DNA from: an uncultured bacterium
Lineage (GTDB): Bacteria; Bacillota_I; Bacilli_A; RFN20; CAG-826
Assembly: GCA_949285325.1 (NCBI GenBank)
Contig: CASDYZ010000007.1
Coordinates: 149,629-213,628 of the forward strand
DNA: 64,000 nt
Reading direction: 5' to 3'
A program made the translations under genes and the position numbers. The notes below the pieces were generated by a model. It ran no database searches. It was not told the DNA's origin and was given only the letters and a program-made list of their open reading frames with translations. Below, piece by piece: positions 37,837-46,268 of this stretch. Position 1 is the first letter of the stretch, and each line of letters opens with the position of its first letter.

Positions 37837-38667
37837 ATGCAGTTAAAGAAAGGTTTTATTTACGTTCCTAAAAATGCAAATAAAGGAAAAGTAAAATATA
37901 TGTGTATCGCTGCCCATCCTGACGATGTCGAGATAATGGCGTACCATGGTATTTTAAGAGGATACAGAAGTAAAAAGTATTCTTTTGTCGCAGTCGTGAG
38001 TGCTGATGGGGCCAATTCCGCAAGAAAAGGTCCATATAAAGATTACACCAACGACATGATGAAAGAGACAAGAATCAAAGAGCAAGAAGCTGCTGGTGAG
38101 GCAGGGCATTACAATCAAGTTATCATGTTAAATTATTCATCCGATGAATTAAAAGATAAAAACAATACCGATCCTGTTGAAGATTATTACAACATCATTA
38201 AAGAATTAAAACCAAAAACCATTTATACTCACTCTTTGTTAGATAGACATCAAACCCATCTTGCGGTGGCGATCAAAGTACTTCTTGCCTTAAGAAAATT
38301 AAATAAAGAAGATAGACCAAAATTAGTTCTTGGATGTGAAGTTTGGAGAGACTTAGACTGGGTAAATGACGACATGAAAGTATTTTTAGATGTCTCTGGC
38401 AAACCAAAACTTGCAAGAAGAGTATTAAATGTCTATAAATCGCAAATCATCGGCGGTAAACGTTATGATAAAGCAGTCATGGGTAGAAGAAAAGGACACG
38501 CGACCTTCTCATCTTCTCACAAAGTCGATAAATCTAAATTTATGAGCTACGCGATAAATATGACAAAATTGATGAAAAAGCCAAAGATTGATATCAAAGA
38601 ATGGACGCTTAATTTCATCGATGAATTTTATAAGACTGTCAGTAATCAATTTGATGAATTGATGTAA
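37837..38667 (+). CDS. PIG-L/LmbE-family de-N-acetylase
   Basis: 276 aa. The AHPDDVEI zinc/catalytic motif at residues about 25-32, plus a downstream H-x-x-H (DRHQTH). SD AGGAGG upstream. Confidence 0.75.
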   Translation: MQLKKGFIYVPKNANKGKVKYMCIAAHPDDVEIMAYHGILRGYRSKKYSFVAVVSADGANSARKGPYKDYTNDMMKETRIKEQEAAGEAGHYNQVIMLNYSSDELKDKNNTDPVEDYYNIIKELKPKTIYTHSLLDRHQTHLAVAIKVLLALRKLNKEDRPKLVLGCEVWRDLDWVNDDMKVFLDVSGKPKLARRVLNVYKSQIIGGKRYDKAVMGRRKGHATFSSSHKVDKSKFMSYAINMTKLMKKPKIDIKEWTLNFIDEFYKTVSNQFDELM

Positions 38668-38692
38668 ACAAATTAATGTATTACTTAAAAAG

Positions 38693-38720
38693 GGGTTAGA
38701 GTTATCTAACTTCTTTTTTA
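38693..38720 (+). terminator. probable rho-independent terminator of the long sugar operon
   Basis: GTTAGA (38696-38701), loop GTTA, TCTAAC (38706-38711), then TTCTTTTTT. The stem is short, hence moderate confidence. Confidence 0.5.
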
Positions 38721-38839
38721 ATTATTAAATGGTGATTTAAATAGTTTTTGATTTAAATTATTAAAAATTAACAAAAATAATAGACACCATGTCAATTAAA
38801 ATATTGCTCTTTAATTAAAATTAAATATAATTTAAAGGT

Positions 38840-39682
38840 ATGAAACAATTAAAAGATTTAATTACCGACCAAGAACGTTTTGGCTACAATTTAGAAAATT
38901 ATGAAATAATTAATATCCATACCGTCGGGCTTAAAGACGGTGAAAGTGCGTTTAAAGAATGTAAAAATTTAATCGTTACTAATTCAATGTTTGAACTTCG
39001 TTATCCGTTTTGGCACGACCACGATGTCAAGGTATCTAATTGTGTTTTTACTAAATCTTGTCGTGGTCCATTTTGGTATTCTTCTTCTATTGAACTCAGC
39101 CAAATATACGCCCAATCGGACAAGGCGTTTAGAGAGTGTGAAAATATTGTTTTGACCGATAGTGTATATCAATCTGATGAATGCTTTTGGAAGAGCAAAG
39201 ATATTAAAATTAACAATTTAAATTTTACTGGCGAATATGCTTTCTTTTTAAGTGAAGACCTCGACATAAATAACTTAATGCTCAAAGGTCACTATTCATT
39301 TCAATATGTTAATAAAGGCGTCATTAAAAATTCTAAAATCGACACTAAAGATGCGTTTTGGCACGCGAAAGATTTAACTGTCTACGATAGCGAACTTATC
39401 GGAGAATATTTAGGCTGGTATAGTGAAAATTTAACACTAGTTAGATGTAAAATCGTCTCGCATCAACCTCTGTGCTATTGCAAAAATTTAAAATTGATTG
39501 ACTGCGAGGTTATAGACTGCGATGACGCTTTTGAAAAAAGTGAAGTAAATGGAAATATAATTTCTTCAAATTTATCTATCTACAATCCGTCTAAAGGAAC
39601 CCTTGAAATACAAGGCGAATATCAATTAAATGAGGACCAATATCAAGATAAAAACAATAAAATAAATATAGTAAAAAAATAA
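38840..39682 (+). CDS. parallel beta-helix repeat protein, DUF3737-like
   Basis: 280 aa. Repeats of about 22 residues with the recurring pattern C/S-x-N-L/I-x-L/I-x-N/D-S/C, and GESAFKECKNL..RYPFWH. The family assignment is from memory, not a search. Confidence 0.4.
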   Translation: MKQLKDLITDQERFGYNLENYEIINIHTVGLKDGESAFKECKNLIVTNSMFELRYPFWHDHDVKVSNCVFTKSCRGPFWYSSSIELSQIYAQSDKAFRECENIVLTDSVYQSDECFWKSKDIKINNLNFTGEYAFFLSEDLDINNLMLKGHYSFQYVNKGVIKNSKIDTKDAFWHAKDLTVYDSELIGEYLGWYSENLTLVRCKIVSHQPLCYCKNLKLIDCEVIDCDDAFEKSEVNGNIISSNLSIYNPSKGTLEIQGEYQLNEDQYQDKNNKINIVKK

Positions 39683-39740
39683 TTTTGTTCGATTTAACCG
39701 CCTAAAATGTGTATATTATATATTTGCAAGGGGGTTAGAT

Positions 39741-41075
39741 ATGAACCACGACGAAATTAGAAAGATTTGTAAAGAAAAAAATGTCCAATACATACGCTTA
39801 CAATTTTGCGATATGCTCGGGACAATAAAAGCGGTTGAAATACCAGTATCAAAATTAGATGATGCATTAAATAATGAAATAGGATTTGACGGTTCTTCTG
39901 TTGAAGGATTTGTCCGTATTAAAGAAGCGGATATGGTGCTTCACCCTGATTTAGACACATTTTTAATATTAACTTTTGAAAATAATAAATATGGTAATGT
40001 CGCTCGTTTCATCTGCGATATTTATCGTTCAGATGGTAAACCTTTTGAAGGTGATCCTCGATACATATTAAAAAAAGAAATTGAAGTATTTAAAAAACAC
40101 GGAATTTATTCTGTAAATGTTGGATTTGAACCTGAATTTTATTTATTTAAATTAGATCAAAACGGCGAGCCTACTTTAGATTTTTCCGATAGGGCGTCAT
40201 ATTTTGATTTAACCCCACTAGATGGGGCGGAGTATGTCAGAAGAGATATTGCCCTAGAATTAGAATCATTAGGATTTACAGTTCAAACATCCCATCATGA
40301 AGTGGGACCTGGACAAAACGAAATCAATTATAAATACGATGATGTTTTAAAGACGTGTGACCGTGTATTAACATTTAAACAAGTCGTTAAAGTTATCGCT
40401 AGAAAACATGGCTATTTAGCAACTTTTATGCCTAAACCAATATTTGGGCAGGCAGGAAGCGGGATGCACACCAACTGTTCGATAATGGACGAGAATGGAC
40501 ATAATTTATTTTATGATGAAAAAGATGAATTAAGTCTTTCACTTTTATGTCGTAAATGGATAAGTGGTATTTTAAAACATGCGAGAGAATTATCGTTATT
40601 AACTAACCCGACTGTCAATTCTTACAAGCGTTTAATTAGTGGGTATGAAGCACCTGTCTATGCTTGTTGGAGTGATTCTAATCGTTCATCTTTGATTAGA
40701 ATACCTGCCGCTAAAGGGCAAGCGACAAGAACTGAAGTGAGAAATGTCGATCCTTACGCCAATCCATATTTAGCGCTTGCTGGCATAATGGCGGCTGGTC
40801 TTGACGGCATATTGAACATAAAAGATGAAAAAGATTTAATTAAACCAGTGTATGACAATATATTTGCCCTCTCTTTAGATGAGATTGAAAAGCTCGGCAT
40901 CATTCATATGCCTGAAACTTTACATGAAGCAATTTTAGAATTTAGAAAATCGAAATTGTTAAAAGATACGCTTGGTGAACATACTTATAATAAATATTTG
41001 CATGCGAAAACTGTCGAGTGGAAATCGTATCACAATTCCATTTCTCAGTGGGAAATAGACCATTATTTAAATTAA
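39741..41075 (+). CDS. glnA: glutamine synthetase, type I
   Basis: 444 aa. FDGSSVEGF, NVGFEPEFYLF, GSGMHTN, NPYLALA motifs. SD GGGGG at 39731-39735, with the ATG at 39741. Confidence 0.95.
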   Translation: MNHDEIRKICKEKNVQYIRLQFCDMLGTIKAVEIPVSKLDDALNNEIGFDGSSVEGFVRIKEADMVLHPDLDTFLILTFENNKYGNVARFICDIYRSDGKPFEGDPRYILKKEIEVFKKHGIYSVNVGFEPEFYLFKLDQNGEPTLDFSDRASYFDLTPLDGAEYVRRDIALELESLGFTVQTSHHEVGPGQNEINYKYDDVLKTCDRVLTFKQVVKVIARKHGYLATFMPKPIFGQAGSGMHTNCSIMDENGHNLFYDEKDELSLSLLCRKWISGILKHARELSLLTNPTVNSYKRLISGYEAPVYACWSDSNRSSLIRIPAAKGQATRTEVRNVDPYANPYLALAGIMAAGLDGILNIKDEKDLIKPVYDNIFALSLDEIEKLGIIHMPETLHEAILEFRKSKLLKDTLGEHTYNKYLHAKTVEWKSYHNSISQWEIDHYLN

Positions 41076-41090
41076 AGGAGATTTTGTATA

Positions 41091-42872
41091 ATGTGTGGCA
41101 TTGTTGGTAGTGTAGGATTTAAAAATACAAAAGATTACATAATAAATGGATTAAAAGATTTAGATTACCGGGGATATGATTCTGCTGGGCTTGCTTTTAT
41201 GGAAGGTAAAAATATCAATCTATATAAAGCGGTTGGCCCAGTGAGTAATTTGGAAAAGATTATTCCCTCACTTAAACAAAATCCTTATTTAGGTGTTGGG
41301 CATACACGCTGGGCGACACATGGTAAACCAAGCGAGACAAACTGTCATCCTCATCAATCTATGCACGGGCTATTTACTATTGTCCACAATGGAGTAATAG
41401 AAAACTTCTTAGAACTTAAAACTAAACTCCAATCAAAAGGATTTAAATTTGTTTCTGACACCGATACTGAAGTTATCGCCAATTTGCTTGAAGACAAATA
41501 TTTTGAAAATCGTAACATCATCAAAGCGATTGAAGATACGATGGGTGAACTAAGTGGTTCGTTCGCTGTTGTAATTATTGCGGATATAGATAATAAGCAT
41601 CTATATTTTATGAAAAGACACTCTCCTTTGATGATTGGTAGGGGTGAAGATTTTTCTCTTGTCGCATCCGACGCTTCTCCAATGATTAGATATACTGATA
41701 AATATATCGATTTAGATGATGAAACATATGGATTTATTTCCGCCAGCGACGTTGAAATTTATAAAGATAAACATCCAATTAAATTTGAATATACACCTAA
41801 ATCTCCTGATTTGACGGTTAAAGATTTAAATGGTTATCCTCACTACATGTTAAAAGAAATCGAAGAGATTGAAAGAGTAGTGAGAAGGTTAATGGTGGAA
41901 TATTACGACAAGGGAGAATTTGTTTTTGATAACAATTTGATGAACCAACTTCACCAATCAGACCACATTATTTTTGTCGCCTGTGGGACGAGTTATCACG
42001 CATCCTTAGTCGGGGCGAGATACTTTGATATGTTAGGTAAATCAACTTCAACATACATCGCTTCTGAATTTGCTTATTATCCTAAATTCCCAGGTCGTAA
42101 ACCATTCTTTATCTTCCTTTCTCAATCAGGTGAAACCGCTGATGTGATCCACTGCATGAATATCGTCAAAGAACATGATATCCCTTGTTTAGTTTTAACT
42201 AATAAAAAAGGTTCTAGCCTTGAAAGAGGATGTGATTATTCTTTGCTTTTATACGCTGGATTAGAGGTGAGTGTTGCTTCCACTAAAGCGTATGCCGCGC
42301 AGGTATGCGTGCTTGCTTTACTCGCTAATGCATACTCGAATAGAAAAGAAGTTATTAAAGATTTAGAAGAGTGCTGTGGAGTAATCGCAGATATCGACCA
42401 CAACTTAAAAGATAAAGTCTATGAAATTGCTACTCAATTAAAAGACGCGAAAGATATTTATTTTTTAGGTAGAGGCTTCGACTATGACATGTCTCTTGAA
42501 GCATCTTTAAAATTGAAAGAAATTACATATATACACTCGGAAGCAGTTGCTGGTGGTGAACTTAAACACGGCCCAATCGCTTTAATTGAACAAGATACAC
42601 CTGTCATTGTCACTATTTCTGACAATGTCACTGCCTCTTCAATGCGTAATAATATTCAAGAAGTAAAAGCGAGAGGTGCGAAAGTTTTTACATTTGTTAC
42701 TAATCCTTTATCAAACGAACATGATACAATAGTAGTGAAGTCACATAAGAGATATTTATCTCCTGTCGTTATGTCTTCTCTAGCGTTCTATTTTGCTTAC
42801 TACGTCGCAGTGCTAAATAACCGTGAAGTAGATAAGCCTAGAAACCTAGCTAAATCTGTTACGGTTGAATAA
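41091..42872 (+). CDS. glmS: glutamine--fructose-6-phosphate aminotransferase
   Basis: 593 aa. N-terminal nucleophile MCGIVG, two SIS domains (SQSGETAD), conserved C-terminus KPRNLAKSVTVE. Confidence 0.97.
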   Translation: MCGIVGSVGFKNTKDYIINGLKDLDYRGYDSAGLAFMEGKNINLYKAVGPVSNLEKIIPSLKQNPYLGVGHTRWATHGKPSETNCHPHQSMHGLFTIVHNGVIENFLELKTKLQSKGFKFVSDTDTEVIANLLEDKYFENRNIIKAIEDTMGELSGSFAVVIIADIDNKHLYFMKRHSPLMIGRGEDFSLVASDASPMIRYTDKYIDLDDETYGFISASDVEIYKDKHPIKFEYTPKSPDLTVKDLNGYPHYMLKEIEEIERVVRRLMVEYYDKGEFVFDNNLMNQLHQSDHIIFVACGTSYHASLVGARYFDMLGKSTSTYIASEFAYYPKFPGRKPFFIFLSQSGETADVIHCMNIVKEHDIPCLVLTNKKGSSLERGCDYSLLLYAGLEVSVASTKAYAAQVCVLALLANAYSNRKEVIKDLEECCGVIADIDHNLKDKVYEIATQLKDAKDIYFLGRGFDYDMSLEASLKLKEITYIHSEAVAGGELKHGPIALIEQDTPVIVTISDNVTASSMRNNIQEVKARGAKVFTFVTNPLSNEHDTIVVKSHKRYLSPVVMSSLAFYFAYYVAVLNNREVDKPRNLAKSVTVE

Positions 42873-43395
42873 TATGAATGGTGACAAAATCGGTATTGTT
42901 GAATTTAATAATTATACTCCTTTCTATAAGAAAGAATTTTTAGATGAAATCAATTTTATAAAATCGAGAATTAAAGGTATACCTTATTCGATTGAGCATA
43001 TAGGTGCAACCTCTATTCCTGGGGCAGTTGGTAGAGTGTCACTCGACATTTTAATCATGGTGGACTCTATTAATGATGTCGTCACTGCGAAAAACAAATT
43101 AATCGGTGGCGACGTATGTTTTATCGTCTCTGAAAGTGGGACTAATTTTCTTAAACTAATTAAAACCGATAAGAAGAAAAATTATGTTTATTATTACATT
43201 GCTGGTAAATCTTCTAAGGCCTCAATTTCTTTCTTAAAATTTAAATATTATCTCATGTATAATTACAAGGAATTAGAGAAGTATAACCAATATAAAAACG
43301 CTCTTAAAAACAAATATAATAAAGATGTTAAAACATATCAAAAAATGAAAGAAAAATATTTTTATGCAACACTCGAACAAATTGAAAACTTATAG
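42865..43395 (+). CDS. GrpB-family (UPF0157, nucleotidyltransferase-fold) protein
   Basis: 176 aa. IEHIGATSIPG matches the GrpB core (eHiGSTsvpG). Start overlaps the glmS stop by 8 nt. Confidence 0.6.
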   Translation: MNNMNGDKIGIVEFNNYTPFYKKEFLDEINFIKSRIKGIPYSIEHIGATSIPGAVGRVSLDILIMVDSINDVVTAKNKLIGGDVCFIVSESGTNFLKLIKTDKKKNYVYYYIAGKSSKASISFLKFKYYLMYNYKELEKYNQYKNALKNKYNKDVKTYQKMKEKYFYATLEQIENL

Positions 43396-44272
43396 AGGAT
43401 TATTTATTTCTAATCAAGAAATAGGCCATAACGCTTTTAAAATTGAAAGATTAAAAGAAGAATTTAATAAAGTCGGAATTAAGATGGATATTGTATTTAA
43501 TGACGGAACTCTTTTTGAAATAAAAGATAATAAGACTGTCTTTCACTTTCCAAAAGCTGATTTTATTATTTATTTAGATAAAGACAAATACTTAGCCACT
43601 CTTTTAAAAAGAGCCAATTATTTAGTTTTAAATGACGCGTCATTTTTAAAATTATGTGACGACAAAATGCTTTCTTACACCTATTTAGTCGATAGTGGCA
43701 TACCAGTAGTGGATACGATTGCCTCTCCACTTGTCTATCATCATCTAGTGGATGAAAACTGTGCATTTTTAGATGTGGTTGCTAGTAGGCTTGGTTTACC
43801 TTTCATCATAAAAAAAGTGTATGGTTCTTTAGGAGAGGGAGTATATTTAGCCTACGACTTAAAGCAAGCAAAAGAAATCTATAAAAAAATATATATGCAT
43901 CCTTTAGTGTTTCAATCATTTATTGATGCTTCAAGTGGTAAATCTTTAAGAGTGCTCGTTGTTGATAAAAAGATTCTTGGCGCAATTTTAAGAATTAACG
44001 ATATCGATTTTAGAAGCAACGCCCCAAGAGGCACTAGAAGCGAGAAATATGAACTAGATGAAAAGCAAATAGAAATAGTGAATAAAATTATTGATTTATT
44101 CGACATAGATTACGCTGGGCTAGATTTTGTCTTTAACCGCGATGGGGAGATTAAATTGTTAGAGATGAACGCGAATGCTTTTTTTGAGCAATTTGAGAAA
44201 ACAACTAATATAAACGTCGCCTATTCTATAGTTCAAATGATTTTAAAAAGGTTGGAAAAAAATGAAAAATAA
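43364..44272 (+). CDS. RimK-family ATP-grasp alpha-L-glutamate ligase
   Basis: 302 aa. LPFIIKKVYGSLGEGV, SLRVLVVDKKILGAILR, DFRSNAPRG, AGLDFVF..LLEMNAN follow the RimK pattern. Overlaps grpB by 32 nt. Confidence 0.8.
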   Translation: MQHSNKLKTYRGLFISNQEIGHNAFKIERLKEEFNKVGIKMDIVFNDGTLFEIKDNKTVFHFPKADFIIYLDKDKYLATLLKRANYLVLNDASFLKLCDDKMLSYTYLVDSGIPVVDTIASPLVYHHLVDENCAFLDVVASRLGLPFIIKKVYGSLGEGVYLAYDLKQAKEIYKKIYMHPLVFQSFIDASSGKSLRVLVVDKKILGAILRINDIDFRSNAPRGTRSEKYELDEKQIEIVNKIIDLFDIDYAGLDFVFNRDGEIKLLEMNANAFFEQFEKTTNINVAYSIVQMILKRLEKNEK

Positions 44273-45326
44273 CGGACTTTTAAAGCATATTTTAGTATAT
44301 TTACCTATTTTTTCTTTACTTTTTTCTTGTTCAAATATTCAAAATCCTCCGCTTGATGAATATGTTAATGAGGTTGAATATAAACAAGATTTTAAAATTT
44401 TAAATTTAACTGATATACATTTAACTACCCTTACTGACATCGATAGAGAATTTAATTATCTTGAAGATGTAATAAATTCACCTAGTAAATTAAATTTAAT
44501 CGATAATAACCTTAAACCCGATTTAATAGTGTTAAATGGAGATATTTTTCTAGGCGCGAATAAAGATATTGTTAAATCTTTCTTTAGATTTATTGATTCT
44601 TTTGATATACCATTTGCTTATACTTATGGTAATCACGACATTGAAGGAAGTTATAGCGAGTCATATATCGATAGTGTCTTAAAAGATTGTAAAAATTCTT
44701 TACTACTTAATCCTAAAGATAATATTGAAGGTAACTGCAATTACGTCGTCAATTTAGTTGACGCGAATGACAAGATTAAGTGGCAACTTTATTTCTTTGA
44801 TTCTCATTCTTATTATCCTGGTGGATATAATGTTATAAGCGACAATCAAATACAGTGGTATGAATCACAAGTTAATGCAGCGGGAAACGATATTCCTTCC
44901 CTTGCTTTCTTTCACATCCCATTTGAAGAATTTGATGAAGTTTGGAGAGAAAAAGATAAAACATTGAATGGTTATGACGGAGAAAGCTATTGGCACATGG
45001 GTGATAAAGAAGTGTCATATGGATATCGTGAAAACGAACTATTTGAAAAGATGGATGAATTAGGTAGCACCAAAGGTGTAATAGTTGGGCACAATCACGA
45101 GAATGCGACCAATTTTTATTATTCTAAAAATGGAGGGAATACCATCCGTCTCATATTTGCTTTAAAAACAGGCGATCAGTTATATAACGATGATGATTTT
45201 ATGGGCGGGACGCTTCTCACTTTACATGACGGGGATACATTTTCTCTTAATTTTATCCATCAGGGGTATGGAGATGAACCATATCTATTAAATAAAGAAA
45301 ATTTTAAGGATGGTGATTTTAGATGA
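44262..45326 (+). CDS. calcineurin-like metallophosphoesterase lipoprotein
   Basis: 354 aa. Lipobox LLFSC. Phosphoesterase motifs DIH, LNGDIF, TYGNHD, FFH, GHNHEN. Overlaps rimK by 11 nt. Confidence 0.8.
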   Translation: MKNNGLLKHILVYLPIFSLLFSCSNIQNPPLDEYVNEVEYKQDFKILNLTDIHLTTLTDIDREFNYLEDVINSPSKLNLIDNNLKPDLIVLNGDIFLGANKDIVKSFFRFIDSFDIPFAYTYGNHDIEGSYSESYIDSVLKDCKNSLLLNPKDNIEGNCNYVVNLVDANDKIKWQLYFFDSHSYYPGGYNVISDNQIQWYESQVNAAGNDIPSLAFFHIPFEEFDEVWREKDKTLNGYDGESYWHMGDKEVSYGYRENELFEKMDELGSTKGVIVGHNHENATNFYYSKNGGNTIRLIFALKTGDQLYNDDDFMGGTLLTLHDGDTFSLNFIHQGYGDEPYLLNKENFKDGDFR

Positions 45327-46219
45327 AAAACAAATTCATTTATCCGTTTGAAAATAAACTTGAATTTATAAGTTATATACTTTTGATTTTACTTTCTAGT
45401 TTTGCCTTCCACCGCATCATTATGATTTTTAATCCTCTTATATCAATATATGGGAGGGATATACATCTATACATCCCGACATTTGTTGTTTTATTTACTC
45501 CTTTAATTGTTTTAATAATGTTTTATTTTTTAAAAAGAAGTATAAATCAACAAAGACAACTTACCCATTTATCTTTATATTTGATGATAAGTGGTTCAAT
45601 TTGCTTTATATATCAACTATTTTTGATGATTTTTAAATTTGGTTTTACTTCTTTAAATCAAAATATCACAACCTTTTTCCCTTATGATATATTGCTTTAT
45701 TCGTTGATATTTATAGCTGTGGGCGCCTTTCTCCACTTTGTTAAATTAGAAAATAGAGACATTATCAATATTACAAAAAAAGAGAAAACAATGGTGGTGT
45801 TTTTATTTTTCTTCGCCTCATTTTTCACTTCCTATATCTTGATATCTTTAACGGGTTTAGATGGGATTAATATCAATAATTTCTTCTTGCTTTTACCATT
45901 TTATTTATCGCTTTTTATTCCAATTTTTATCGTTTTCTTATATCACGCTTATAATACAAATAATTTAAAAATTATTCTTCCGTTCGCATTTACTTTTTTT
46001 GGCTATATGATTGTTTGTTACGTTTGGATATGTATGGTGCTTATCTTTAATCCAGTTTTCTTATATAGCACAATTAGGCATGTGTATTGCACCCCAATAC
46101 TCGCTGGCATTTCTTTTGATTTCACTGTTCAGACAATATATACAATTGTCATGTTAATAATTTTCTTAGTTAAAATTCTTAAAATGATCAATAACGATAG
46201 AGAATATTTTACCGATTGA
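45323..46219 (+). CDS. polytopic membrane protein, unknown function
   Basis: 298 aa, about 8 hydrophobic helices. ATGA overlap with the phosphoesterase stop. No recognised motif. Confidence 0.5.
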   Translation: MKNKFIYPFENKLEFISYILLILLSSFAFHRIIMIFNPLISIYGRDIHLYIPTFVVLFTPLIVLIMFYFLKRSINQQRQLTHLSLYLMISGSICFIYQLFLMIFKFGFTSLNQNITTFFPYDILLYSLIFIAVGAFLHFVKLENRDIINITKKEKTMVVFLFFFASFFTSYILISLTGLDGININNFFLLLPFYLSLFIPIFIVFLYHAYNTNNLKIILPFAFTFFGYMIVCYVWICMVLIFNPVFLYSTIRHVYCTPILAGISFDFTVQTIYTIVMLIIFLVKILKMINNDREYFTD

Positions 46220-46268
46220 TTTAGTTAAGTTGAAAATCAGTAGTGAGTGAACTATCATATATTAATAT

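Noticed and set aside
38721-38839. Direct repeat GATTTAAAT x2 (about 38735 and 38751) and a distant AATGGTG / CACCAT inverted pair upstream of the DUF3737-like gene.
   Set aside because: The motifs are short and AT-rich, the inverted pair has a loop of about 55 nt, there is no matching motif elsewhere in the window, and no regulator is adjacent. This is indistinguishable from background.
39683-39740. Searched the glnA upstream region for a GlnR/TnrA box (TGTNA-N7-TNACA) around TGTGTATATTATATATTTGCA.
   Set aside because: No register satisfies both half-sites, and no glnR gene precedes glnA in this window, so no site is called.
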